This document shows positions 1-13,411 of a stretch of 64,000 bases of DNA, piece after piece. The notes beneath the pieces are model-generated. The model was not told where the DNA came from and searched no databases. It worked only from the letters and a program-made list of their open reading frames with translations. How positions within the stretch are numbered: the first letter of the stretch is position 1; every line of letters starts with the position of its first letter. The stretch is from Octopus vulgaris (lineage: Eukaryota). Position numbers and translations under genes: made by a program. Location of the stretch: contig OX597827.1 of assembly GCA_951406725.2 (NCBI GenBank), positions 61,132,001 to 61,196,000 on the forward strand, read 5' to 3'.

Positions 1-569
1 TGGTATTGAACATAAGGTCTTGTAATTTGAAGTGAACTTTTTAACCATACTGCCATTTAGTAACATCATCCTGAACATGAGTGAACATGTTAGTTCGATT
101 CTATGGAACCACTGTGTTTCGGCTTTGTGTTTCATAATCCAATAAAAAGACCTCTACATGGTAGCTCGCCCTGTTAAAAATAACAGCTGAGTCTCACTCA
201 AACCCCTTCCATAATCCTTGGAGTGTCCATCAGAGAGCTTGTTTTGTAATGGAAACAGGTTTTTGTGTGACATGTCACAGCCAAACCCCGTTTCTTCCTC
301 ATTATAAAATAGCAACATCTTAAAACAGGCACACACACACACACACACATATACACACAGAAACACGCACATACACACTAGATAATATTGTTCCAGATAT
401 GCTATGTCTGGAACACCTCATTCACAGGTCTGTGCTCAACTAGGACTGACCTGGGGTTAAACAACAATAACGATAACAACAACGATAACTGCATAACTAG
501 TATCCTGTCTATCCGTGTCTGCCTGTCTTGTCAGTGTAATCTCTTCTCAATTAATTCTTCAACTAATAC

Positions 570-663
570 CATCTCCTCCTCCTCCTCCTCATCGTCACCG
601 TCATCATCATCATCATCATCATCATTGTCATCATCATCATCTTCATCATCATCGTTGTCGTCG

Positions 664-708
<45 letters not shown>

Positions 709-1171
709 CCACCATCATCATTGTCATCATCGTCGTCATCATCATCATCGTCATCATCATTGTCCTCATCGTCATCATCATCATCATTGTCATCGTCGTC
801 GTCATCATCATCATCATAATTGTTGTTGTCATCATCTTCATCATCATTATTGTCATTAGCATCATCATCATTGTTATCACCATCATCACCATCGTCATTG
901 TCGTCGTGATCCTCCCCATCATCACCTACGCAAATATTGTCTGTCCCTTTCTCTCTTCTCATTATTTCTTATACATTCTCTCCCTCTTCTTCCTCTTCCT
1001 CCTCATCATCATCAACATCATCGTCATAATCAATATCATTATACTCTCTACATCTGCTCCTCAGTGATGTTGTGGAATAGATTTTAATGTATTCTGCTGT
1101 TCCTCATCATCATTGTAGTCATCATCATCATCATTGTCATCATCACCATTATCATCATCATCATCACCATT

Positions 1172-1208
<37 letters not shown>

Positions 1209-1890
1209 ATATCAATGGCTGTCAATATGTCATAATTATAGTTTTTATCCTATACATCATCATCTGCATCAAACACTACCATTTGTAATCCTCGTCATCA
1301 TAATCTCATCGCATCTTCAGTTCCTCTGCCTCTTCCATCATCATCATCACCACCACTACCACCAGCACCAGCAGTAGCACCACCACCATCACCATCATCC
1401 CCATTCTCTTTCTTCTCATCATCATCATCGCTATCACTATAACGAATATGACAACCAGCACAACCACCAGCATCAGCGTCGTTTTCGCCACCACCACCAC
1501 CACCACTACCATTCTCCTCCTCCTCATCATCACTGTGACAAATATGACAGCCACCAGCACCAACATCAACACCACCATCAAACTCTGCCTCCATCCTCCA
1601 CCACCATCATCACCATCACCATCATCATCATTGTCATTGTGATTGCTGTCATCATCATCACCATCATTATCACCATCATCATCACCATCACCATCTCATC
1701 GGAATCACCATCATTGTCATTATTCTCCCCATCATATCATTGACATCACCACCATCTCCATTAGCCACATTATTGTTGACTTTCTTCTTCTTCTACATCA
1801 CCAGTGTTGTCATTATTATTATTGCTGTTGTTCTTGTTGTTGATGTCATTGTCGGCGACGGCGGCGGCAGTGGCAGTGGTGGTGGTGTTG
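570..1890. repeat. Degenerate (CAT/CAC/CGT)n trinucleotide microsatellite field
   Basis: Directly visible; source of the poly-S/H/D/M ORFs. Confidence 0.95.
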
Positions 1891-2284
1891 GTCGTGTTTT
1901 ACATTTGATCCATTCTTCCATACAGATCTATCTTAATAAATCCCTTCATATTTATATCCGTCTCATTTCCTTAGATAATCCTTATCTTTAGTCTAATTCT
2001 TCAGCTCATTTTCATTTCTTTTTTTTTTTATCTCACCACTACTATCTTCAGCATTTTCGTCTTCAGAGCTTCCTTAACTCCTGATACATTTTAAAAATAT
2101 TTTTTATAATTTTATGGTTTGCATTCAGACGGTGAATTGGTGGAATCTGTTAAGCATCAGATAGAATGCTTTTTGGTAAGCTACATTCAGATTTTCAGTA
2201 CTCTGCACCCTGATTTCAAATCATGCCAAAGTCAACTCTTTTCATAATCATTAATTCATATCATAATTATTCATTAATTCCTTT

Positions 2285-3420
2285 AACCCCATGTGGAGCA
2301 TAGGGCGCTAACAAGAAATTTTCATCTGTCTTGATCTTTGGCAATGGATTATAGTTATCCCCAGATGTAGCCAGCTGTAAGTGTTTCATTTTCTCTCAAC
2401 CTGCATTGATTTTTCTGGGGTCTTTGAGAGGATCATTGTTTCTGCTCCATAGAGAAGATTGGAGAGGACCAATGCATTGTAAGTATGGAACTTCATCTTC
2501 TGAGAGATAGAGCAGTGGCACCAGAGGGGCTTCCACAAGGAGTCTGTGACTCCAGCTGGATGTGATTGGAGAAAATCTCCAGAGGATCAACGTCACCTAG
2601 GAAGATGCAAAGAGGCTGGCACTGGTGGACCTAGTTGGCTCTATGCATGATGATGCCTCTGGGACCACTAACTTGGACTCCAACTCCATCAAACAAGAAC
2701 ATGTAGCCAAGCCAATGAGTTGTTTTTGGGCTGCTATGCTTCTGTCTCCCTTGGGTGTTGGAAACAAGTTTCCTTAGGATGTGGTCCAGTCCAACCCCCT
2801 TTTCCTCCTTTTAATCTGCTTTTTGATTGGTTGCTGGTTCACCTATTCCTTGTCTTCACAAACGTTTGAAGCTTGTCAGTGCAGTATTTTGTGACTTGCC
2901 ATGTTTCACTTGCTTACAGCAGAACTATCCTCATAGCTCCATGTGAAGCATAGAGTACCAACAAGAGATTTCCATCTGTCTTGATCTTTGGCAATGGTTG
3001 CAGTTATACCCAGATGTAGCCACTTGCCAGTGCTTCAGTTTTTGTGGACCTCCTCCATGTTGCTTTGGTCTGCTATGCTTCTGTCAATCTTGGGGGTTGG
3101 AAACAGGTTTCCTTAGAATGTCTCCTGGTTATCTCCATTTTCTCCTCTTAATCTGTGTTTCAATTGGTTTCTGGTTCATCTAGTCCTACAAGGATTTGTA
3201 TGTCTGTCTTCACAAATGCTTGAAGCTTGTTGATGCAGAACTTTGTGACTTGCCATGTTTCACATGCACACAGCAGAAGGATCTTCATGCTTGTGTTCAA
3301 AATCTTGGAGTTTTGTGTTTGTTGATAAGTCTGTGATCTGGTCTGGTTATCTTGAAGGCACATGTAGCCTTCCCAGTCCTCATTTATATGTTATGTCCAG
3401 GTCTGTTCTACCTTCCTTAT
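2285..3420 (-). mobile_element. Decayed RTE-type LINE 3' fragments, locally duplicated
   Basis: Minus-strand ACETWQVTK..INKLQAFV motif is typical of the RTE C-terminal region. Block 2291-2375 recurs at 2941-3025. Confidence 0.7.
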
Positions 3421-3499
3421 TAACAACAGAATCTAGACTGGTGAATAAGCAGAATTGTTACATCATTGGATAGAATGCCTTATAGTATTTGTTCCCTCT

Positions 3500-3735
3500 A
3501 AGGCGGCGAGCTGGCAGAAACGTTAGCACACCAGGCGAAATGCGTAGCCGTATTTTGTCTGCCATTACGTTCTGAGTTCAAATTCCACCAAGGTCGACTT
3601 TGCCTTTCATCCTTTAGGGGTTGATAAATTAAGTACCAGTTACACACTGGGGTCGATGTAATCGACTAAATCCATTTGTCTGTCCTTGTTTGTCCCCTCT
3701 ATGTTTAGCCCCTTGTGGGTAATAAAGAAACAAGT
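3500..3735 (+). mobile_element. tRNA-derived SINE family A (other copies: 15563-15748 -, 55877-56098 -, 57163-57391 -; decayed at ~18490-18712, ~26300-26455, ~39985-40140, ~58385-58582)
   Basis: A/B-box-like head (GAGTTCAAATTCC), central GCCTTTCATCCTTT.GGGGT.GATAAA domain, multiple near-identical copies in the window. Confidence 0.85.
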
Positions 3736-3919
3736 ATTTGTTCCCACTTTGAGTTCAAATCCCAGCTCCTATCATAAGAAAACCGACCCCCTCCAAAAAA
3801 CAAAATTTAGCGACACTTTTATCAGGTGTTGTGATTAATAGATGCTGTTTCTGTCACCAACCCTCAAGATCATATTTCCCTCTTGGCCAGACATGTTTTA
3901 TCCCAGAAGATTGAAAACA

Positions 3920-4230
3920 GATAAAAAGCACCATCCGAACGTGGCCGATGCCAGCACCGCCTCGACTGGCTTCTGTGCCGGTGGCACATAAAAAGCACCA
4001 ACCGATCGTGGCCGATGCCAGACCCCTCCGGCACCTGTGCAGGTGGCATGTAAAAAGCACCCACTACACTCGCGGAGTGGTTGGCGTTAGGAAGGGCATC
4101 CAGCTGTAGAAACACTGCCAGATCAGACTGGAGCCTGGAGCAGCCCCTGGCTCCCCAGATCCCGGTCGAACCGTCCAACCCGTGCTAGCGCGGAAAACGG
4201 ATGTTAAACGATGATGATGATGATGATGAT
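3920..4230 (+). mobile_element. 5'-truncated RTE LINE 3' UTR ending in (ATG)n (similar: 20295-20947 +, 23797-24180 -, 31357-31738 +, 43020-43555 +, 43778-44085 -, 63590-63963 -)
   Basis: Homologous to the 3' UTR of the long LINE at 49096-49690. Confidence 0.85.
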
Positions 4231-4514
4231 GGCACTGCTTGCATAACTGTGTTATTCATTTACAAGCATTATGTGAAGTCAAGACAAGGAGACACAAATA
4301 AATAAATAAATGAATTCCTGCCTGCCTACATGCCTACCTATTTATCTATCTTATCATCATTCAACACCTGTTTTCTCTGCTGGCTTTATAATTATGAAGA
4401 TGACAACAATGATGGTGATGATGATGATGATGATGATACGTGAGGTGATGGTTGTAATGATGATAATATAGACACACACATATGCACAAGTATGTATACA
4501 CATATATACATACA

Positions 4515-4571
<57 letters not shown>

Positions 4572-4629
4572 TGAATATAAGAAAGGCTTCTTGCAATTTC
4601 CATCAACCAAATCCACATATAAGGCTAGC

Positions 4630-5300
4630 CTTATATGATGGTGATACAACTATCACATCTTGCTATATTGAATGGTATGTTCCTTTTTGTATAGGAAGGA
4701 TGGCAAGATCTAAAACCTAAACATTGGTGTGTGTCTGGGTTCTTGCAGCATAGATCAGCTGTAACTGCTTCATTTTCTTTAAGTATTAGAATGTTCAGTA
4801 AAGGATATTCCCTTTTATTCATTTCCTAAGTGAACTGGATTAATTTGTGAATACTGTTTATTAATTTAAGACATTTTGCAAGGTCCTACTTGCTTTTTCC
4901 AAAATATAAAGTAGTCATCCCAGGATTTTTAAATAGGCTTGGAAATGATGATCAAAAGTAATTCTAGATATTTTTCTTCCAGGTATACCATTACTAGTGT
5001 TGCCAAAATTGGTGCAACTTTCGTCCCTATTGCTGCACCTTGTATTTGTAGGTAATATTGGTTGTCAAAGATGAAACAGTTGTTTTCCAGTTCTAAACAC
5101 AATCCTTCAAGTATAAATGCTTTTTGGAATCTCTCCTGAATTCTTTGTGGACATATGTCTATCCAGATTTCTACTGCTTCTAATCCTAATCCATGGGGAA
5201 TATTTGTATAAAGACTGGTAACATCACAGTTAACTAGGATTTTTGCTTTCTGGAATATGGTTTAGGAAGTCCATGTTATCTTTGATGAAACTAAGAACCA
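4630..5300 (-). mobile_element. Penelope-like retroelement RT relic
   Basis: Minus-strand translation gives DVTSLYTNIPH, YYLQIQGAAIGTKVAP and DLCCKNPDTHQCLGFRSCHPSYTKRNIPF, matching PLE RT and thumb motifs; disrupted. Confidence 0.8.
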
Positions 5301-5559
5301 AGTTGCTTAATCATTGGGTGCTAGATATTTACTTTCTCTAGTGGCAAAACATCCTTATAGAGGAACATTTGGCCACAGGAGTTCCATGGATATGTGAGGA
5401 CTGGTGGACTGAAAGAGGACAGTATTTGAAAATTAAGGAAGAGTTGGTGACAGGAAAAGCATCAAGCCCTAGAAAATACATTTTAATTAGTTTTGGTTTG
5501 TCTCATGCCAGGAATTGAAAAACAAAAGGAAAATGAAAAAAATGGTGGTAGTAACAATG

Positions 5560-5800
5560 AGGACGATGATGATTAGGAGGAGGAGGAGGAAGAGGAAGAA
5601 GAAGGGAAGGAAGAGAAGAGGAAGAAGAAGGGGAAGATGTTGGTGGTAGTGACAATAATAAGAATGGTGAAAGTGATGAGGAGGATGGAGGTGATGATGA
5701 TAATAATGGTAATGATGATGATGATGGTGATGAGGATGAAGATTATTGTGGCAGTGGTGGTAAGGATGATGATGATGATGTTTATGGTGATGATGAAGTA
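5560..5800. repeat. (GGA/GAA/GAT)n microsatellite
   Basis: Directly visible. Confidence 0.9.
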
Positions 5801-5869
5801 AATGCACACACATACATACAAGTTGTTTGACCCTGAGTTACCAAATGTCTAATGCAGTTTTGTTGTATA

Positions 5870-6770
5870 TGTGGTCTGATCAATAAGTATCCGGACTGTT
5901 GCCATAGTAATGAAGCTAAAGCATGCAGAGTGAAGCCGCTAAGCACAGATTGACCTTGAACACTGTTGTGCATGCACACTTAGTTTTAACATTCTAGCTC
6001 ACTTCCACTGTTTACAGCAGTGCTTGGAAGAAGGAAGGTGTGTAGCATATGATCATTGTATTAACCATGACAGAGAAAGTTGAGCAGAGAATCTGCATTG
6101 AATTTTGTCAAAAGCTTGGCAATACCTGCTCAGAGGCCCATGCAATGTTTTCAGAAAGTTTTTCCATCGTTCTCGTCACAATCAAGGAGATCTTGTTGCA
6201 ACTGAAACACGAGTGTATTTTTGGTCAGCTGAAAGCAGTTTTGGCACAAATTTGGCAGATACGTATTTCATACCCAAATCTTCAATGATAATGGATTGAA
6301 CTGAACTGTAACTAATCTGCACATCCTCTGATAACTCACGGATTGTGATTTGATGATTTCCCCTCACAGCTGCATGAAACATCTGCGATGTTTTCTCAGT
6401 TCTGCTGGTTGTGGATCTCCCAGAACGTTCATGAATATCAAAATTTTTTCGGCCATTTTGGAAACATCTGAACCACTTGTACACTTGTGTGCAGCTCATA
6501 CTCTCCTCTCCATGCAATTTCTGTAACTTTGTGTAGACCTCTGAGTAGGTATCGCCATGGCAGCTTTCTCTGTCATGGTTAATGCAACAATCATACGCTA
6601 CACACCTTCCTTCCAAGCACTGCTATAAACAGTGGAAGTGAGCTAGAACGTTAAAACTTAGTGCACATGCACAGCATGGTTCAAGGTCAATCTGTGCCAA
6701 ACCGATTCATTCTGTGTGCTTTAGCTACGTTTCTATGGCAACATTCCAGATGCTTATTGATCAGACCTCG
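5870..6770. mobile_element. Mariner-derived foldback element (two 5' ends in inverted orientation)
   Basis: GGTCTGATCAATAAG termini flanked by TA. Transposase N-terminus EQRICIEFC on +, and VYKWFRCF..GR...KFVPKLLS on -. Confidence 0.85.
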
Positions 6771-7197
6771 TATGGTGTATTTGGCCTACATGCAGTCTTT
6801 CTCCTCTCACTATTTTTTCTGTTGCTACTCTAACAGCCACTGTTCTCCAGAGCTGGCTAGTCTCATACACTTCCATCAATATATCCAGTCCTTCTCCCTA
6901 AAATATTCGCCCTCTGAAATCATTTCCCTGCTCATGTCTTTCCTGCAAGTGGTAACCTGCAACAGTTTGCACAGAACATTAACACTTAGGCCTTCTGTCA
7001 AATGTAATACTTACTTATTCACATTGTTTTGTAATTAACCCTGCATTATCTTGTAGCTTTGATATTTCAATGAGGTTTATTTTGATTGTTTATTTTGAGA
7101 ATGACATTGTAGGATAGATGTGAGAGGCTGGATCTGATCAGTTTGAATATAAAACAAGTAGTATATTTGAGCCAGATATAGCTGATTTAGATGTTAA

Positions 7198-7417
7198 CCC
7201 TTTCGTTACCAACCTGGCTGAAACTGGCTCTGGCTCTGAGTACAAATGTCTCGTTTTCATAAGTTTTGAATTAAAATCTTCCACCAAACCTTAGTCGCAA
7301 TTTACATTCCTAACTCTAGCTTAATGATAACTAAGTTATTTTACTAAATTCTTTGTTATATTTAAAGTATTTGAAAGAAACACAAAGCATCTCAAAATAA
7401 ATATGGTAATGAAAAGG
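7198..7417. mobile_element. piggyBac-like MITE (TTAA TSD, CCCTTT termini); other copies 11992-12195 (partial) and 32608-33038 (inverted, with a nested SINE)
   Basis: TTAA|CCCTTTCGTTACC ... GGTAATGAAAAGG|TTAA. Confidence 0.8.
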
Positions 7418-7461
7418 TTAAAGTGTTGAGCTAATCTTTAGAGATAAAATATTTGTGCTAT

Positions 7462-7669
7462 ACTCTTTACTCTTTTACTTGTTTCAGTCATTTGACTGCG
7501 GCCATGCTGGAGCACCGCCTTTAGTCGAGCAAATCGCCCCCGGGACTTATTCTTTGTAAGCCCAGTACTTATTCTATCGGTCTCTTTTGCCGAACCGCTA
7601 AGTGACGGGGATGTAAACACACCAGCATCGGTTGTCAAGCAATGCTAGGGGGACAAACACAGACACACA

Positions 7670-7707
<38 letters not shown>

Positions 7708-7855
7708 TACGACAGGCTTCTTTCAGTTTCCATCTACCAAATCCACTCACAAGGCATTGGTCGGCTCGGGGCTATAGCAGAAGACACTTGCCCAAGGTGC
7801 CACACAGTGGGACTGAACCCGGAACCATGTGGTTGGTTAGCAAGCTACTTACCAC
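7462..7855 (-). mobile_element. tRNA-derived CORE-like SINE family B, ~400 bp with an internal (TA)n/(TG)n tract
   Basis: tRNA-like head, CACCTTGGGCAAGTGTCTT core and (AAAGAGT)n tail; the most abundant repeat in the window. Confidence 0.88.
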
Positions 7856-9395
7856 GTTTCAATTAGTTTGAAATCTGGGCATTAACAGATGTCTCATTTC
7901 TGTTCCTGGGTGTGTAAATGTCTAAGATGAAGTATTGTTAAAAAAGGATGGTGTTATGGTTCCCCCTAGATTATTAACATCGACTTCAACTCTTTAGCGT
8001 TCAGATTACTCTGTTAACTGTAATACTTGTTTATTCACATTGTTTTGTAAATAATCCTGCATTACCTTTTGATAATTTCATTTTATCACACTGAACACCT
8101 CTCCTGCTAAATTGGTAAACAACTATCTAACTAAAATAGCACCAGTGGGGGGAGGGACCCTTTAAAATGCTGAATGTTAAAAAAATACTGAATACCTCAA
8201 AGCAGGTGAGACACCTTGCCCCACAGGTGATCAAGAATGATGAATATCAATATTTCACTGTTTTTGCAGCTCTTTGGCATCATGTACTCAAGCCATCTCA
8301 GAACAAATTGCAATCACTGGCCTGAGGTTTATATGCAAACATCATAGAATCTATCTGCTGATGTGCAACAGTACTGCACAGTTAAAACAAAATTCAATTT
8401 TGAATTATCAGCAGCTTAAATAATGTAAACATTATCAAAGTCACATACTTACTGTATGTGTTTTGTTTATTGCACCCATTAGATGTGGGGGAATTATCAG
8501 AGAGAAAATTTAAAAATAAAAAAACAGCTCAACTTTGTCTGAGAATTTTTTAAATACCTAAAGCCCATTAATAATTGTAGCATGTGGAGTAGTTCAGTTA
8601 ATGCTTGTTCATAAGTCCTACAGATAAAAATTAAATAAATTGTATGATTTTTTTTTTCTAAAGATAATTTTCACAGCTATAGCTTTAGTGAACTGCAGTT
8701 GGCTGAAATAAAAGGGTTTTGGGCAATTAGCCAAAAAGTCTGTGAGTAATATCCTATTATCTGTACCACATGTTGCAACTAATTCACAAAGTTATTTGAA
8801 GAATATCACTGAATAGAATGCTTCCCCACTGTAATCAATAGTTGGAGTACTGTAAAATTGAGGAGTGTTTTGGTGGATTATGGGGAAAAAAGAAAAAAAA
8901 GAAAGAAAAAGGTATTGGCTCTCAAGGACATAGTCTCTGTATGAAAGTATACTATGACAATAGCCATAACCTCCAACCCCTTCACACTGAGGGAAAAGAG
9001 ACAGTTTTTTTTTCCTTCTTTTATCTTTTATCCTTTACTTGTTCCAGTCTGCAGCTGTGCTGGGGCATGGCCTTGAGGAATTTTAGTTGAACAAATCACC
9101 CCCAGTTGTTGAGTGGTGGTGGTGGTGGACAAACACAGACATAACGGCACACACACACACACATTACAGGCTTATTTCAGTTTCCATCTACCAAATTCAC
9201 TCACAAGGTTTGGGTCAGCTTGAGACTATAATAGAAGACACTTGCTCAAAGTGTGACATAGTGGGACTGAACCCAGAACCATGTGGTTGGGAAGCAATCT
9301 TCTTACCACACAGCTATGCCTGTTCTACTAAATATTTTCTCAAATGTACCATCCATCTTTTTCCACCCATTATTCATGCATTATCTTGAAGCTGT

Positions 9396-9895
9396 GGAGG
9401 CGCAATAGCCCAGTGGTTAGGGCAGTGGACTCGCAGTTGTAGGATCACGGTTTCGATTCCCAGACCAGGCATTGTGAGTGTTTATTGAACAAAAATGTCT
9501 AAAGCTCCACGTCAGGAGGTGGTGGTGAACCCTGCTGTACTCTTTCACCCCAACTTTCTCTCACTCTTTCTTCCTGTTTCTGTTGTACCTGTATTTCAAA
9601 GACCCAGCCTTGTCACACTCTGTGTCACACTGAATCTCCCCGAGAATTACGTTAAGGGTACACGTGTCTGTGGAGTGCTCAGCCACTTGCACGTTAATAA
9701 ATGAGTTGCGACGTCACTGGTACCAAGCTGTATCAGCCTTTGCCTTTCCCTTGGATAACATTGGTGGTGTGGAGAGGGGAGACTGATATGCGTGTGTGAC
9801 TGCTGGTCTTCCATAAACAACCTTGCCCAGACTTGTGCCTTTGGAGGGTAACTTTATAGGTGCAATCCCATGGTCATTCATGACCGAAAGGGGTC
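9396..9895 (+). mobile_element. tRNA-derived SINE family C/D composite (related: 12215-12392, 33570-33810 -, 46390-46700 -, 55482-55775 +, 58622-58948 -)
   Basis: TAGCCCAGTGG A-box and GTTTCGATTCC B-box; shared bodies among the copies. Confidence 0.75.
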
Positions 9896-10051
9896 ACAGA
9901 TTTTGAAGCTACAAGATAATGCATGATTAATTCAAAACAATGTGAATGAATAAGCATTACTTGTGACAGACTAACCTGAATGCGAAAGGGTTAAAATCTG
10001 AAAAATATCCTATATTGCAGTGTTTCTCAATCATTTTTTGTCTAAGGGCCT

Positions 10052-10488
10052 TGTAACAGGATGAAGGGTCTGTAACACTGGATGGGTGCAGCTCTCATCC
10101 TTTACATTAAAATATTAATCGAAGGAAAGAGTCAAGACTTCCGATTAACTTCAACAGCATAAATATTTTTATTTCTGGATTCGCAATATATATATATTCT
10201 TCTTTCAGGGCGAATCGGTAGCCTAGGAGCTCGTCGCAGTAGTCAAGTGGAGTGAGCCAAATCCTGTCCGTTCAAGCATAGCATAGCAACGCCATGAGGT
10301 GGCAGCTTAGGAGAGCTGTTACAACACGTCCGTCCTGTTAGGCTGTCAGCATTCGAGGGACCGATACGTGGGAAATTTTGCCACTGCTAGTTTTCTGCAC
10401 ACGTGCATGAGGGAACTTCTGGCAGGCCTCCCGGAAGAATCTAACTCTGCGCATGTGTGCTGAAGATTTCCAAAATGGCTTCACTACA
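10052..10488. mobile_element. Solo LTR (Gypsy-like, 4-bp TSD)
   Basis: TGTA...TACA termini flanked by GCCT on both sides. Removing it restores a hAT MITE homologous to 12507-12777. Confidence 0.75.
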
Positions 10489-10589
10489 GCCTCTTTGGTT
10501 TTTCTTTTACTCAGATGGGCCCTCATAGCCATTCAATGTTTAAGAAAATCCTTTTATATTTTTATAATTACATGTTATTAGGAATTGTA

Positions 10590-11345
10590 TACATGGCTGT
10601 GTGGTAAGAAGTTTGTTTCCCCACCACATAGTTCTGGGTTTAGTCCCACTGCTTGGCACCTTGGGCAAATGTCTTCTGCTATAGCCTCAGGCAGGCCAAA
10701 GACTTGTGAGTGGATTTGGTAGGTGGAAACTGAAAGAAACCTGTTGTATTCTTTTCTTTTATTTGTTTCAGTCATTTGACTGTGGCCATGCTGGATCACT
10801 GCCTTTAGTCGAGCAAATCGACCCCAGGACTTGTTCTTTGTAAGCCTAGTACTTATTCTATCAGTCTCTCTTGCCAAACCGCTAAGTTATGGAGACGACA
10901 ACACACCAGCATCGGTTGTCAAGGGATGCTGGGGGACAAACACAGACACACAAACATACACATACACACACATATACGACGAGCTTCTTTCAGTGTCCAT
11001 CACAAGGCTTTGGTCGGCCTGAGGCTTTAGTAGAAGACACTTACCCATGGTGCCACACAGTGGGACTGAACCTGGAACCATGTGGTTGGTAAGCAAGCTA
11101 CTTACCACACAGCCACTCCTGTGCCTATACATATACATATGATATATCTATGTGTGTCTTTGTGTCTGTGTTTGTCTCCCACTACTCTTGACAACCAGTG
11201 TTGGTGTTTATGTCCCCATAGCTTAGCGGTTCGGCAAACAGACCGATAGAATAAGAATCAAGCTTTAAAAAGTAAATAAGTACTGGGGTTGAGTCATTTG
11301 ATTAAAGATTCAAGGCAATGCCACAGTCTAATGACTGAAATAAGT
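10590..11345. mobile_element. SINE family B (+) with a second copy (10750-11126, -) nested inside
   Basis: Head and tail of the + copy are separated by a complete inverted copy. Confidence 0.8.
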
Positions 11346-12506
11346 AAAAAAGATTAAAAAAAATATTTTGTGTATTGTAGGAATATAAACAATTTATTGC
11401 AGTTGAACTTTAATAACAAAATTTTATATGGACCCCCAAGGATCATATGGATGGGCCCTGCTGTACAGTATGTAAGACCTGAAAATGCTTATCCTAGCTT
11501 TCATAGTGTTAAAGCAGACAGTTACAAGCTTTTAACTTTTGCAAGAAAGTAACTTAGCATTGCCAGTGCATCTGTTGCCTAGAGCAGTGACTTACATAAT
11601 TTCTTAGATAATTTATTTAAAGCTATATAGACAAGGCTATAAAATATTAAGTCGCTTTACCAGAGACACAATGCCACACCAGCAATGGAACACAGAGTAT
11701 AAACTATTTTTGGAAGACACACACACTGAGAAACAACACGGGCAGTAGTGACTCTCATAATTAACAAAATAAAACCAGCCTCTGAAACTAAACCGTTTTC
11801 TCAAATGACATTATACTATTGTAAACACTTTGTAATTAATCCTGCATTATCTTGTAGCTTTGATATTTCAATGAGGTGATTGTTTATTTTGAGAATGACA
11901 TTGTAGGATAGATGTGAGAGGCTGGATCTGATCAGCTTGACTATAAAACAAGTAGTATATTTGCGCTAGATATAGCTGGTTTAGATGTTAACCCTTTCGT
12001 TACTAACCTGGCTGAAACTGGCTCTGAGTACAAATGTTTTGTTTTCATTAGTTTTGAATTAAAATCTTCCACCAAATCTTAGTCACAATTTATGTTCCTA
12101 ACTCTAGCTTAATGATAACTAAGTTATTTTACTAAATTCCTTGTTATATTTAAAGTAATTGAAAGAAACACAGAGGATCTCAAAATAAATATACTTCAGT
12201 TATTTCTTGTTAATCTGTAGAAATAAGTTGTGATGTCACTTGTGCCAAGCTGTATCGACCTTTGCCTTTCCCTTGGATAACAACGGTAGTACGGAGAGAG
12301 GAGGCTGGTACGCATGAGTGACTGCTGGTCTTCCATAAACAACCTTGCCCAGACTTGTGTCTTGGAGGAAACTTCCTAGGTGCAATCCCATGGACATTTA
12401 TAATCGACAGTGGGGTGTCTTTACCCTTTACCCATTCAACCCAAATGAAGTCTGACCATTTACTGTTGTCATTCATTTTGATTATGGTAATTTCTTTAAT
12501 TTACAA

Positions 12507-12777
12507 CAGTGGTTCCTTAACTATTTTTTGTCCATGGACCCATTTGATCTCTATTTTACTCAGATGGACCCCTGTAACCATTTGTTTAAAAAATCCTTTT
12601 ATATTTTCATAATTAAATATTATCAGGTATTGTGAAAAGGATATTGTTGAAATATTTAGTGCTTTGTAGAAGTAAAACCAATTTATTGGACATAAACTTT
12701 AACAGCAAAATCTTATAAGGACCTACAAGGGTCATATGGAGCCTGAGGGTCATATGAACCCTAGTTGAAAACCAGTG
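12507..12777. mobile_element. hAT/Charlie-like MITE (related: 24339-24603 inverted; 10018-11463 interrupted)
   Basis: CAGTGGTT...AACCAGTG termini and a shared internal sequence. Confidence 0.65.
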
Positions 12778-13009
12778 ATTGAGAGGAATTAGCTCTCGAA
12801 ATACTTTCGAGTATTAGATCAAGCAATCATTTAAACATCAAATCGTTCATAAAATCTGAAGGTAGTGTAGTAATCGAGCACACCTACACAAATATGCCCC
12901 ACCACCAACTCACTCATGATGTGTCAGTATGTATGTGTGTGCGCCCACTGCTTTTTGTTTCCACATGAAATCTTGATATAATCGCAATCTACACTACCTG
13001 AAAGGTATT

Positions 13010-13411
13010 TACTCTTTTATTTGTTTCAGTCATTTGACTGCGGCCATGCTGAAGCACCGCCTTTAGTCGAGCAAATCGACCCCGGGACTTATTCTTTGTA
13101 AGCCCAGTACTTATTCTATCAGTCTCTTTTGCTGAACCGCTAAGTGACGGGGACGTAAACACACCAGCATCGGTTGTCAAGCAATGCTAGGGGGACAAAC
13201 ACAGACACACAAACATGCACACACACACATATATATATACATATATACGACAGGCCTCTTTCAGTTTCCATCTACCAAATCCACTCACAAGGCATTGGTC
13301 GGCCTGGGGCTATAGCAGAAGACACTTGCCCAAGATGCCACGCAGTGGGACTGAACCCGGAACCATGTGGTTGGTTAGCAAGCTACTTACCACACAGCCA
13401 CTCCTGCGCCT
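13010..13411 (-). mobile_element. SINE family B, full length (also - copies 22009-22409, 31148-31900, 45381-45785, 58998-59260; + copies 26957-27160, 44544-44945, 62670-63063, 63283-63590)
   Basis: Near-identical to 7462-7855. Confidence 0.9.

Noticed and set aside
388-1991. Long poly-Ser/His/Asp/Met ORFs on both strands
   Set aside because: Translations of a (CAT)n-type microsatellite; open in most frames and with no splice or domain evidence.
9396-9475. tRNA-like sequences (also ~55482, ~58880-58948, ~33740-33810)
   Set aside because: These are SINE heads with A/B boxes but no complete cloverleaf, and they run into SINE bodies.
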